Part shown: in pieces, positions 1-8,884 of the stretch
How the letters are laid out: every line of letters begins with the position of its first letter
Position numbering within the stretch: the stretch's first letter is position 1
From: Blastocatellia bacterium
GTDB lineage: Bacteria; Acidobacteriota; Blastocatellia; UBA7656
Assembly: GCA_963765495.1 (NCBI GenBank)
Contig: CAVXWP010000002.1
Span: 128,001 to 192,000 of the forward strand
Length of the DNA stretch: 64,000 nucleotides
Reading direction: 5' to 3'
The notes under the pieces: generated by a model
Seen by the model: the letters and a program-made list of their open reading frames with translations, nothing else
Database searches by the model: none
What the model was told of the DNA's origin: nothing
Made by a program: the position numbers and the translations under genes

Positions 1-2
1 CA

Positions 3-413
3 AAAGAGGACGTAATGAATGTAGTAAACCGGCTTTTTGATGTCATGCGGAGCAGAGATGTCGCGGGTATGCGACAGTTATTCTCTCCCGAAGGCCGGTT
101 GCTCTCCATCTTTAAGCGCGATGGTCAGAAAATCGTAAGAAACCTCTCCGTAGATGATTTTGCAAAGATGGTTGAACATACGAAGGAAACATACAGCGAG
201 CGCATGTTTGAGCCCGAGGTTCAGATCAGCGGAGACCTCGCAACGGTCTGGGGCTGGTATGACTTTCACGTCGGGGAGCAATTGACCAATTGCGGCACGA
301 ATGCGTTTCAGTTGCTTAGGACGGATGAGGGATGGAAAATCGCGCAGATCGTCTCAACGATCCAGACCACAGACTGTGATCGCCTGCGGGGCGGGAAGGA
401 TTTGCGAAAGTAA
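3..413 (+). CDS. NTF2/SnoaL-like (DUF4440-type) protein, probably 5'-truncated by the window edge
   Basis: Frame is open from base 3 (KEDVM...). The pattern ERM..PEVQISGDLATVW..YDF..CGTNAFQL..GWKI is typical of NTF2-fold proteins. Confidence 0.7.
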   Translation, partial: KEDVMNVVNRLFDVMRSRDVAGMRQLFSPEGRLLSIFKRDGQKIVRNLSVDDFAKMVEHTKETYSERMFEPEVQISGDLATVWGWYDFHVGEQLTNCGTNAFQLLRTDEGWKIAQIVSTIQTTDCDRLRGGKDLRK

Positions 414-469
414 TCAAAGGCGCGTCGGGGAAGGCTAACAAGAAACCGACTCGAAGAAATCAGATCATT

Positions 470-1432
470 ATGCGAGTTGTCATCCTCGATGATTATCAGG
501 ACGCGGTGAGAAGGCTCGGCTGCTTCTCGAAACTCGAGCATCATCACGTCACCATATTCAATGATACGATCAAGGATATTCCCACCCTTTCCGACAGGCT
601 CAAGGAGGCCGAAGCCCTCGTATTGATTCGAGAGCGCACCGCGATCTCCGACGCCTTGCTTGCCAACCTCCCGCGCCTCAAACTGATCAGCCAGACAGGC
701 AAAGGCGTCTCGCACATTGACCTTGGCGCGTGCACTCGGCGGGGCGTTATCGTCTCTGCCGGAACAGGCTCTCCTTACGCCCCGGCGGAACTGACCTGGG
801 CGCTTGTGCTCGCCTCCCGGCGGAACATCCCGCGCGAAATCGAAGGATTGCGCGCCGGAGGCTGGCAATCCACTCTCGGCTATTCGCTACGCAATCAAAC
901 GCTTGGGATCTGGGGTTACGGCAAGATAGGCAGCCTCGTCGCGGGCTATGGCAGGGCATTTGGTATGAATGTTCTGGTCTGGGGGCGTGAGAATTCGCTC
1001 TCTCGGGCACAAATGGCTGGATACGCCTTATCCAGCGACAGGCTCGCGCTTCTGGAGCAGTCCGACGTGCTCTCTCTGCACATAAGATTGACCGATCAGA
1101 CGCGCGGGCTTCTCACCTTTGCCGATCTTTCACGGATGAAGTCGGACGCCTTGCTCGTCAACACCAGCCGGGCCGAGTTGATAGAATCGGGCGCATTGGA
1201 GGCGGCGCTCGAGGCAGGCCGTCCGGGTTTTGCGGCGGTCGATGTTTTCGAAGATGAGCCTGTCCTCGACCGAAATCATCCTTTGCTAAAGCTGGAAAAC
1301 GCATTGTGCACGCCTCATCTCGGGTATGTTGAGAAGGATAGTTATGAGCTTTATTTCGGCCAGGCATTCGATCAAGTCCTGGCATTTGCGGAAGGCAGTC
1401 CCGTCAACGTAGTAAATCGCGAGGCGCTATGA
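470..1432 (+). CDS. D-2-hydroxyacid dehydrogenase family protein (SerA-like)
   Basis: GIWGYGKIG Rossmann motif, LVNTSRA, DVFEDEP, TPHLGY catalytic His. Confidence 0.93.
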   Translation: MRVVILDDYQDAVRRLGCFSKLEHHHVTIFNDTIKDIPTLSDRLKEAEALVLIRERTAISDALLANLPRLKLISQTGKGVSHIDLGACTRRGVIVSAGTGSPYAPAELTWALVLASRRNIPREIEGLRAGGWQSTLGYSLRNQTLGIWGYGKIGSLVAGYGRAFGMNVLVWGRENSLSRAQMAGYALSSDRLALLEQSDVLSLHIRLTDQTRGLLTFADLSRMKSDALLVNTSRAELIESGALEAALEAGRPGFAAVDVFEDEPVLDRNHPLLKLENALCTPHLGYVEKDSYELYFGQAFDQVLAFAEGSPVNVVNREAL

Positions 1433-1499
1433 TGCCCCGCTTGCATATAGAGTTTGATTTGTGGAATACGGTTTATAATATCTCTGGTAGGAATCAAGT

Positions 1500-1829
1500 A
1501 TGAATACACAGGTTTTTCAAGTGCTTAAGTTCATGCAAATAAATCTTGGCAAGACTATATCAATTGACGAGATGGCTCATCTGGTTCACCTGTCCCGTTC
1601 TCGTTTACACTACCTGTTTAAAACCGATCTTGGGGTGGCCCCAAGACAATATCTGAAGGCCCTTCGTATACAGAGAGCGTGTCATCTCTTAGAGGCCACG
1701 CTCCTTGGCGTAAGAGAGATAGCATTAGAAGTCGGGTACAAAGATGATAGCCACTTCATGCGCGACTTTAAGAAGGTCCGGGGCGTCACTCCTTCTCAAT
1801 ACAGGTCGAACTTTTTAGAACCCGAGTAA
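1500..1829 (+). CDS. AraC-family transcriptional regulator, DNA-binding domain only
   Basis: Two HTH signatures (LSRSRLHYLFK; IALEVGYKDDSHFMRDFKKVRGVTPSQYR) in 109 aa. Confidence 0.9.
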   Translation: MNTQVFQVLKFMQINLGKTISIDEMAHLVHLSRSRLHYLFKTDLGVAPRQYLKALRIQRACHLLEATLLGVREIALEVGYKDDSHFMRDFKKVRGVTPSQYRSNFLEPE

Positions 1830-2653
1830 TGCCCAAACAGGCAAAGGGCAGAACAACCAGGGAGTTTGATAAGAACGGGTGGGAAGAGCGCCGACCAGTC
1901 ATTCGTCCGACCTGCTCGTTTCGAGGGAGTGTTCTCATGATTTCCCGAACTGATTTTTGTGATTTCTCCGACTCAAACCTTCGACCGACACCTATTCTTG
2001 ATCACGAAAATCCAGACATCTGCGGTCTGGTTTCCAGGTTGCGAGCCGGTTCCTCATCTGCAATCTCATTTCTTCGGTCGGCTCATCGCTCGATCAGTTC
2101 AAGTCTCAGACCCATCTATACTCTCGATGAATTTCAACCCGCATCGATCACCCTCTCAAAAGGCAAAGGCTCTTGCAGCCAGCGCATGGCCTGTCTTGAG
2201 GCCGTCTCTCGCGCAAACAATATCCCAACACGAGTTCGGGGTCTGCGGATTGAGGGCCGCTTCTGGTATCCCCGATTCTATCTTTCACGCCCCTTTATAC
2301 CGTCGAGTATTCTCTTAGCCTGGCCGCAATTCTATATTTCCGACCAGTGGGTTGATATAGATGAGTTATACGGGAGCACGTCCGAACTCGTAGAGAAAGC
2401 CTACGACGGGTTTAGCAATGCCGGTGAGACCCTCTTTGAGGCCGTCGCGCACACGGCAGTAGATTTCTTCGGGAAGACACGCGATTGCGGAGTGATCTGC
2501 TCGACCACGCAATTCGATCTGTCCAGGTACGTAGTCGGAGATGAAGGATTTTTCGATACGCGAGATGAGTTATTCGACAGGTTCGGGTCGTTCCAAAACA
2601 GCTTGCGAGGTAGAGTATTTGAGATGGTGTTTGGAGGGCGAAAAAGCGCGTAG
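1829..2653 (+). CDS. Transglutaminase-like domain protein (alternative start ATG 1937)
   Basis: TLSKGKGSCSQRMACLEAVSRANNIPTRV core with catalytic Cys; WVDID motif; TAATG overlap with the AraC stop. Confidence 0.75.
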   Translation: MPKQAKGRTTREFDKNGWEERRPVIRPTCSFRGSVLMISRTDFCDFSDSNLRPTPILDHENPDICGLVSRLRAGSSSAISFLRSAHRSISSSLRPIYTLDEFQPASITLSKGKGSCSQRMACLEAVSRANNIPTRVRGLRIEGRFWYPRFYLSRPFIPSSILLAWPQFYISDQWVDIDELYGSTSELVEKAYDGFSNAGETLFEAVAHTAVDFFGKTRDCGVICSTTQFDLSRYVVGDEGFFDTRDELFDRFGSFQNSLRGRVFEMVFGGRKSA

Positions 2654-2785
2654 AGCGATCATGCGCAAGCATTAGAGCCGGCATAATTTTGCCTTTTGAG
2701 TATTTGGTTGTGCTTGCAAAAGTTGAGGGGCTTAGTAAGACTAAGACAGGGGACGCTCGAACCTCGAACCGAAAGGAGAAGCTGC

Positions 2786-3313
2786 ATGTCTACGTTTCTC
2801 AGCAGGATATTTCTGACGATGATTGCGATCACGATTGCTTCCCTGCTTTCAACACCCTCACGGGCCAGACAGGACCGGGATGAAAAAGGCGAGTCCGCTC
2901 AATCGAAGGCATTGAAGAATCGCCGAATGATGCCAAAAGCTGCCGATATGGACAAGGCTGTTACATTAAGCGGTCTCCTCGAAAAGAAGGATGAGGGCGA
3001 TTGGTCCGCAAAGAAAGCCGCGACTATTGAGGGCTATGTCGTTCAGGTCGAGAAAGAGGAGGATGGAGATTTTCACATCGTCCTTGCCGAGGAAAAGCAG
3101 GAGAATAACACTAAAAAGTGGGCTGTCGTAGAGATGACACCGGCCTGGAGAGCAAAAAAGGCGACCTATTCAGATGCGCGTCTTAGAGGGCTTGTTGGTA
3201 AAAAAGTGCGCGTGACGGGCTGGCTTTTCTATGAACCGGAGGAGGGGCAACATGATCCCAGAGGAACGAGATGGGAACTGCATCCGGTGACCGCGATAAC
3301 TGTCGTAAAGTGA
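2786..3313 (+). CDS. Secreted OB-fold-like hypothetical protein
   Basis: AAGGAG RBS before ATG 2786; signal peptide; motifs EDGDFHI, VEMTP, KVRVTGWLFY, WELHPV. Confidence 0.7.
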   Translation: MSTFLSRIFLTMIAITIASLLSTPSRARQDRDEKGESAQSKALKNRRMMPKAADMDKAVTLSGLLEKKDEGDWSAKKAATIEGYVVQVEKEEDGDFHIVLAEEKQENNTKKWAVVEMTPAWRAKKATYSDARLRGLVGKKVRVTGWLFYEPEEGQHDPRGTRWELHPVTAITVVK

Positions 3314-3322
3314 CGAATCCAG

Positions 3323-3676
3323 ATGAAAGTTGCGCCTGTCAAACCTGCTATTACCTCTGACATCTTCGACAAACTGGATGTTCGCGCAGGCACTATCGTG
3401 AGTGTTGAAGATGTCAGAGGATCAAACAAACTCGTAAAATTGACCGTTGATTTTGGCGATCACAAGAGGACCATTCTGGCCGGATTGAAACAGGAACGTG
3501 AGAATCCCGAAGAGATAGTGGGCAAACAGGCATTGTTTGTAATAAACCTGGAGCCGAAAAAGATGATGGGTGAAACATCAGAAGGAATGTTGTTTGATCT
3601 TGGTTACGCGGACGGGATCAAGCCGGTCCTTGCGGTCCCCGAGACACCCGTGCCGAATGGAACCAGAGCAGGGTGA
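3323..3676 (+). CDS. tRNA-binding domain protein (CsaA/Trbp111 family)
   Basis: FDKLDVRAGTI, KLTVDFG, NLEPKKMMGETSEGM, VPNGTR motifs. Confidence 0.9.
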   Translation: MKVAPVKPAITSDIFDKLDVRAGTIVSVEDVRGSNKLVKLTVDFGDHKRTILAGLKQERENPEEIVGKQALFVINLEPKKMMGETSEGMLFDLGYADGIKPVLAVPETPVPNGTRAG

Positions 3677-3681
3677 GTCAG

Positions 3682-5088
3682 ATGAAAAACGCAAAATCGT
3701 TAGTCCTGATGATAATGCTCTCGATAATAGCCTTCCAGCTTGCCTCAATTCCCAACCATTCAGATGCACATCCAACCACCAGACTTCTCGATAAGCTTCC
3801 GGGTGATGAGCCTGCTCACTTATCTCATAATGCGAAATGGACATTGTACGATCCTGATCCGAATCATATCTGGAATCGGCTCTATCGCGCCCTTTACGCA
3901 AGGACAGGCCCGGACGGACAGGAATACGGCTATGATGAACTCGACCCCATTCTCTGGGTTCGGACAAAGCATTTGATCAGCGGCCCTTCATATCAGCAGG
4001 CCATAAAAGTGTTGAATGAATTTCTCTCATCAAACGCAGAGCGTCTGGTAAGCTCCCCGATAAAGCGCGCCGTATTTCAGCACGACCTCTGGGCAATTTT
4101 TGACTGGACTACGCGCAATGATGAAAATGAAGAAGTGCTTTCTCAAAGGCGAGAGCTTCAGATCAGGCTGGCAAAGATCATCCGCCGTCTGGCCTTATCC
4201 AGAGAACAAATTCAGAAACTCGATAACAATTACGCAGATGTGGTCGCGTTAAAGGAGTTCGCAGCGCGCTATGATGCCGACAAACCGACAGCCCCCTTTT
4301 TGCCGCCCGATCTGTTCCGAGAGAATGGGGAGTGGGTGTCAATAAGCACAGCCGACCAGGACCCGGTGGCCCTGTCACACGTCTTCAGTGTCTCGGGGCG
4401 TTCGGCGTTCCGAGTCTTCATACACCTGCCGGGGGGACGAGAGGCCACACTAAAATATATAACGACCCTCCGGGAATTCCCACAGCCCTGGCTACAGCAA
4501 AACCAGACGGCAAATCCCGATGGCTTTCGAAAGAACCCTTTACTTCCTCAGTTTCCCGCCGGCACGCAGTTAGCTCTGATTCGGCAGATGATTTTGATTG
4601 ATGATCGGGGCAATCTGGTCCCAACCACCCTGACCGAAGACGTACAGATACGGGTTCATCGCGCAATCCCTACTCGGCTTACCGAGGGACTCAATACCAG
4701 TTTTAATGAGGCGGATACGGCGCTTGATACATATGAATTCAGGTTGAGCCGGGAAATGCTGTTTGCGGAGAAGGCAGGTGGACTGCGCGCCCTGACACGT
4801 TCAGATAATGAATTCCCGCTTTTTCAATCACACGATATAGACCTGTTTGAAGAGGAATCAGGTGACGATGCAATCCAACGACACCTGCGACCGAGTCTAG
4901 CCTTTTGTGCGAAGTGCCATTTTGCGCCGGGGATTCATTCAATGCTCAGTTATCGCCCTCTGCGACCGAAGGTTTCCTGGAGCACTGAGAGTGAGGCAGG
5001 CACTATTTTAAGATGGAAAAGCGAGAAATACAGCTGGGGATTGCTGAACGGTTTGTGGATGAAAGAATCCAGCGCTCCGCCCAGGTAA
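3682..5088 (+). CDS. Secreted hypothetical protein with a single CxxCH motif
   Basis: N-terminal hydrophobic signal; long clean ORF; CAKCH near the C-terminus. Confidence 0.7.
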   Translation: MKNAKSLVLMIMLSIIAFQLASIPNHSDAHPTTRLLDKLPGDEPAHLSHNAKWTLYDPDPNHIWNRLYRALYARTGPDGQEYGYDELDPILWVRTKHLISGPSYQQAIKVLNEFLSSNAERLVSSPIKRAVFQHDLWAIFDWTTRNDENEEVLSQRRELQIRLAKIIRRLALSREQIQKLDNNYADVVALKEFAARYDADKPTAPFLPPDLFRENGEWVSISTADQDPVALSHVFSVSGRSAFRVFIHLPGGREATLKYITTLREFPQPWLQQNQTANPDGFRKNPLLPQFPAGTQLALIRQMILIDDRGNLVPTTLTEDVQIRVHRAIPTRLTEGLNTSFNEADTALDTYEFRLSREMLFAEKAGGLRALTRSDNEFPLFQSHDIDLFEEESGDDAIQRHLRPSLAFCAKCHFAPGIHSMLSYRPLRPKVSWSTESEAGTILRWKSEKYSWGLLNGLWMKESSAPPR

Positions 5089-5157
5089 TACCAAATCTTT
5101 TCAGATTACGGCGGCCTTTCGCTCAAACTCATTTGCGTAAGGCTCTTTCGGTATCAT

Positions 5158-5928
5158 TTATGCAGCGTCCCGAAAGACGATACTCAGACACGTCAAAGCG
5201 CCTTCCGCCTTTCCCAGTTCCGAAGTGTCAATCGCTTCGACTCTCGGTGCCACGCGACTCACGATTTCGATAGTCCTCTGAAATCCCGCCTGAACGCACG
5301 CTGTTTCATCGATTCGTAGTATGTTGGCTGACCACGGTTCTTCAATCGGCGTGAACAGACGGTTGAACCCCTTGAAAATATCGGGGTCCACCCAGTCTCG
5401 ATTTATCAGCAACGTCTCGTCATCGATTGCGGTGCAGGCGGATTTGATGTGCAGACTTCCGCTGGTTTTAACCGGCACTACCTCATACCCGAACGGCTTA
5501 ATTACCATCGCCAGTTCGTTGATGCCTTGAAGATTTGTCCGACTCGATTCGCCAACAAACAATCTCCTGCCGATCCTCAAAACATCTCCGCCTTCGATTG
5601 TAGCCGGAAAAGAGAGACGGGCAATTTCGCGATACTCGGACAACTCGCGCTCAATCAGCGCGGGTTCACCCCGGCGCGAAGCCACACCCATGCTACAGAT
5701 TACCGCAATCTCATCAAGCACAATGGCGGTATCTTCAACAAAGCAGGAATCAGGAAACGCGAGATTTTCGGAGAGCTTTTTGACCGAGACTCCGAGCCTG
5801 CTCAAGACATCGCAGTATTGATCGTGCTGGCGAACGGCCAGTTGATGATCAATCGGCAGTCTCTCAACAAACGTAAGCTCGCACGCTGAGATTCTCGGGG
5901 ATACTTCGTGTGTTATCGCTCTAAGCAT
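5158..5928 (-). CDS. ddaH: Dimethylarginine dimethylaminohydrolase (DDAH, pentein fold)
   Basis: FPDSCFVEDTA, SRRGE, IEGGDVL, HIKSA, EGALTCLS (Cys-His-acid catalytic set). Confidence 0.88.
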   Translation of the reverse strand: MLRAITHEVSPRISACELTFVERLPIDHQLAVRQHDQYCDVLSRLGVSVKKLSENLAFPDSCFVEDTAIVLDEIAVICSMGVASRRGEPALIERELSEYREIARLSFPATIEGGDVLRIGRRLFVGESSRTNLQGINELAMVIKPFGYEVVPVKTSGSLHIKSACTAIDDETLLINRDWVDPDIFKGFNRLFTPIEEPWSANILRIDETACVQAGFQRTIEIVSRVAPRVEAIDTSELGKAEGALTCLSIVFRDAA

Positions 5929-5968
5929 AGGATCAGATTCAAAAGACGCATCTTGCGTAAGTCACCTC

Positions 5969-6610
5969 TTAACTCAGATAAAAATGCCAGAGAACGCGCG
6001 CGGCAACGGCCCTCCACGGACGCCAGTGCTGGCTGAGAACATCTATTTCCTGCTCGGTTGGCCTCATACTCAAACCTTTGATTTTCTGAATTGCCACTGC
6101 CAGCGCCAGATCGCCTCTTGGCCAGATGTCCTGTCTCTTGAGCGCCATCAGCAGATAAATGTCAGAGGTCCATCTGCCGATGCCCTTTATCTTCATCAAC
6201 TCTGATCTGACCCGATCATCAGGCAATAAACCAAGCCCTTCAAGATCGAGCCGCCCCTCGATTATTGCCTGCGCAAGCAGTCGACCGTAGACGGTTTTCT
6301 GCCGACTGAAGCCGATTGCCTTCAACTCGGAATCCGTCAATAGGAGGAACCCTTCGGGAGTCAAAGGAGAAACAGCCGCGATCAATCTGTTGAATGCCGC
6401 CTGGGCCGATCTGAGAGAGACCTGTTGCTCAAGAATTATATGGATGAGTGTGGGAAATCCGGGCTGGCGCTCCCACATCGGTGGAGGCCCAAGACGATTG
6501 ACTATACCGGCGAGGCAAGGGTCGCGGTCGGCCAGATGGCTCACGCCTTTTAGGAGCGTCACCTGTGTCAAAACTACCGGCCCGTTATCGGTCTTGTGTG
6601 TCTCTAACAT
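5969..6610 (-). CDS. DNA-3-methyladenine glycosylase 2 family (HhH-GPD)
   Basis: ILEQQVS, HhH LMKIKGIGRWTS, WPRGDLAL, WRPWRAVAARVLWHFY. Confidence 0.92.
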   Translation of the reverse strand: MLETHKTDNGPVVLTQVTLLKGVSHLADRDPCLAGIVNRLGPPPMWERQPGFPTLIHIILEQQVSLRSAQAAFNRLIAAVSPLTPEGFLLLTDSELKAIGFSRQKTVYGRLLAQAIIEGRLDLEGLGLLPDDRVRSELMKIKGIGRWTSDIYLLMALKRQDIWPRGDLALAVAIQKIKGLSMRPTEQEIDVLSQHWRPWRAVAARVLWHFYLS

Positions 6611-6685
6611 CGGGAATGGATTATAGCAGCCGGTCTCGTTCTTTCAGAACCCTCAAAGAATAGCGGCGGTTCAGATGATGGCAGG

Positions 6686-7591
6686 TCATCGCATGAGCGC
6701 AAAATACCTGCCGTTCCAGACGTATGTACTACCGAGAAGGCGGCGCTTATAGAGAGTATAAACGGTAAATCGCGGCGCAAGCCGCCCGTTGCGAATTATC
6801 CGAGGTGCTCTCCAGCGGGAAGCCATCCTCTCATCCGGGCCGTCACTACCAAAAACATAACTGTCATACCCGAATCGATTGGTGAGTTTGCTTGCTTCCT
6901 TAAACAGGCTCTTAGGCACGGCGCGATGCGTGCGCGGCGATATGGTATAAGCCTCGAACGTGACGAAAGGCGATGGCGGCATCGTTCCGTCATAAGTATC
7001 TGTTTCAATTATGATGAGTTTTTCGCCGTTGTGATTCGCCAGCAGCATGTTTACTGGCGCGTCTATTCGCGAGAAGTACCCGTCAAGAACCTGAGTCGCG
7101 TAAACCCGCTGGCCAACGCGTTGCAAGATAAAGGCATTTAACGTACCGAAGCTATACCAGATGCAAGGGTCCGCCACCATCACCAGTCGCGTCGAATCGT
7201 CGCCGTAAATATTTGTGCGATAGAGCAACTCTGCGGCTTCCTCATCAGTCGCCGGGCGCGCTTCCTGTGTTACGGCGCAGACGTTCAGGGCTTTGACTGG
7301 AGCGGCCCACCATTCGGGGTCGTTGAATGTTGACTCCAGTTCCAGCGCATAATCTTTCAGCGCCTCGTCTCGCTCAGGTGCTCCACGGTTGTCATCGTCA
7401 CTTCCCGCACATTCATATTCCAGTTTGGGGACGGCTCTGAGCGCCGAAAGCGCCTGTGGGCTACAACGCGGCGACGGTTTTTCGTTGCTGCGCTGGACGG
7501 CAGAAACGGCGTGGGCGAAAGACGGCAATATCAGCGAACCGGCAAGCAGCACAGGCAGGCAAAGGGCACGGCTTCGATTTATCATTTGCAT
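6686..7591 (-). CDS. Secreted hypothetical protein
   Basis: Signal peptide ending AHA; 301 aa clean ORF; ends YVWNGRYF. Confidence 0.65.
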   Translation of the reverse strand: MQMINRSRALCLPVLLAGSLILPSFAHAVSAVQRSNEKPSPRCSPQALSALRAVPKLEYECAGSDDDNRGAPERDEALKDYALELESTFNDPEWWAAPVKALNVCAVTQEARPATDEEAAELLYRTNIYGDDSTRLVMVADPCIWYSFGTLNAFILQRVGQRVYATQVLDGYFSRIDAPVNMLLANHNGEKLIIIETDTYDGTMPPSPFVTFEAYTISPRTHRAVPKSLFKEASKLTNRFGYDSYVFGSDGPDERMASRWRAPRIIRNGRLAPRFTVYTLYKRRLLGSTYVWNGRYFALMR

Positions 7592-7627
7592 ATTCTCTCA
7601 GCGATTGTTTTACGCTTGCGCTTTCTT

Positions 7628-8032
7628 TTAGCGATACTGCCTCTTGAGTAGCTGATGTCCAAATCCTTCATTCGACAATATCAATCCGGCGCGAGTGATC
7701 TTGCCGGTAAACTTGCTCCCCGGTGCGCCAGGATCGTCTTTAGGCAAAGTAAACTCAATGTTCATGCCGACTCGCTCTACCCTGACAAGCACAGGGTCAT
7801 TTGCTACACCGGAGGCGATTACAACGGTAGCCCACTCCCCGCCATAAACCGGGGTGATTATCACTTCCATTCCGCCGACGTCTCCGGTTTCAGGTTCAAG
7901 AGCCAGGTTGCTGTAGATTTCAGGCACGCCCCAGGCCGACACGCGATGGCGCTTTTTTTGAGCGACCGCGCCTGACGCGAGCACCGCTAAGAAAAGGGTA
8001 ATTACTATGATTCGAAGAGTTGGTTTAAGCAT
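7628..8032 (-). CDS. Small secreted hypothetical protein
   Basis: Signal peptide ending AVA; AGGA RBS-like sequence upstream; divergent from the ECF gene. Confidence 0.65.
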   Translation of the reverse strand: MLKPTLRIIVITLFLAVLASGAVAQKKRHRVSAWGVPEIYSNLALEPETGDVGGMEVIITPVYGGEWATVVIASGVANDPVLVRVERVGMNIEFTLPKDDPGAPGSKFTGKITRAGLILSNEGFGHQLLKRQYR

Positions 8033-8226
8033 AAATCATCCTGATAGAAATTCACACCTCGCTGACCCTACTCTATCTTGCGAAGATTCTCAAATCATGA
8101 TTATATGCGCCTGTTTCCGGATTGAAGTAAAGGAGTAGAACCACTTCCCGCAATCAATATCGCAGTTCGAAGTTTGATGCAGAAAGATAGTTGTGCCAAG
8201 ACATTTCTATCGAGAGATTAAATATC

Positions 8227-8856
8227 ATGGATGCCCCTTCCCCGCCAAAAAAAGACTGGACCCTGACTCAAAGCGCATTTGATAAATTGCTTGTTATTTT
8301 GAACCCCGACCGCGAGAGGGCAGCAGAAAAATACGAAATTATCCGCAAAAGGCTTATTACCTTCTTCGAATGTCGGGGTTGTACGGTTGCGGAAGATTGC
8401 GCCGATGTAACTATTAATCGAGTTGCCAGAAAGATTAGCGAAGGCAAGGAGATCTATTCCGGCGACCCGGCCTCCTTCTTTTTCGGGGTGGCGCACAAAA
8501 TTCTATTGGAATATTGGCAACGCTTGCCGAAGGATTCTAAGCCTCTCGAGGATGTGCTGATCGAAAGGCAGGGTTCAAAATCTCTGGATGAAACGAACGC
8601 AGATGAAGAGGAGCGCAGGGGGAGCGATCAGAGGTTCGAGTGCCTGGAATTGTGCCTCCAGGGGCTCGATCCCAACAATCGAAAAGTGATTTTGCGGTAT
8701 TATCAGGGAGAAACCGCAATAAAGATTAAAAACAGGCAGACTCTGGCAGAAGAACTCAGCATAACATTGAATACATTGAGAATTCGTGCCTTACGAATCA
8801 GGAAAAGGCTTGAGGGTTGCATCGACGATTGTCTCAAGCGATTACCCCTTGTATGA
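8227..8856 (+). CDS. ECF-type RNA polymerase sigma factor
   Basis: Region 2-like (RLITFF..AEDCADVTINRV..FFFGVAHKILLEY) and region 4 (CLQGL..NRKVILRYY..LAEELSITLNTLRIRALRIRKRL). Confidence 0.88.
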   Translation: MDAPSPPKKDWTLTQSAFDKLLVILNPDRERAAEKYEIIRKRLITFFECRGCTVAEDCADVTINRVARKISEGKEIYSGDPASFFFGVAHKILLEYWQRLPKDSKPLEDVLIERQGSKSLDETNADEEERRGSDQRFECLELCLQGLDPNNRKVILRYYQGETAIKIKNRQTLAEELSITLNTLRIRALRIRKRLEGCIDDCLKRLPLV

Positions 8857-8884
8857 AATGAAATTCTGTTTTGGCCAATAACTA

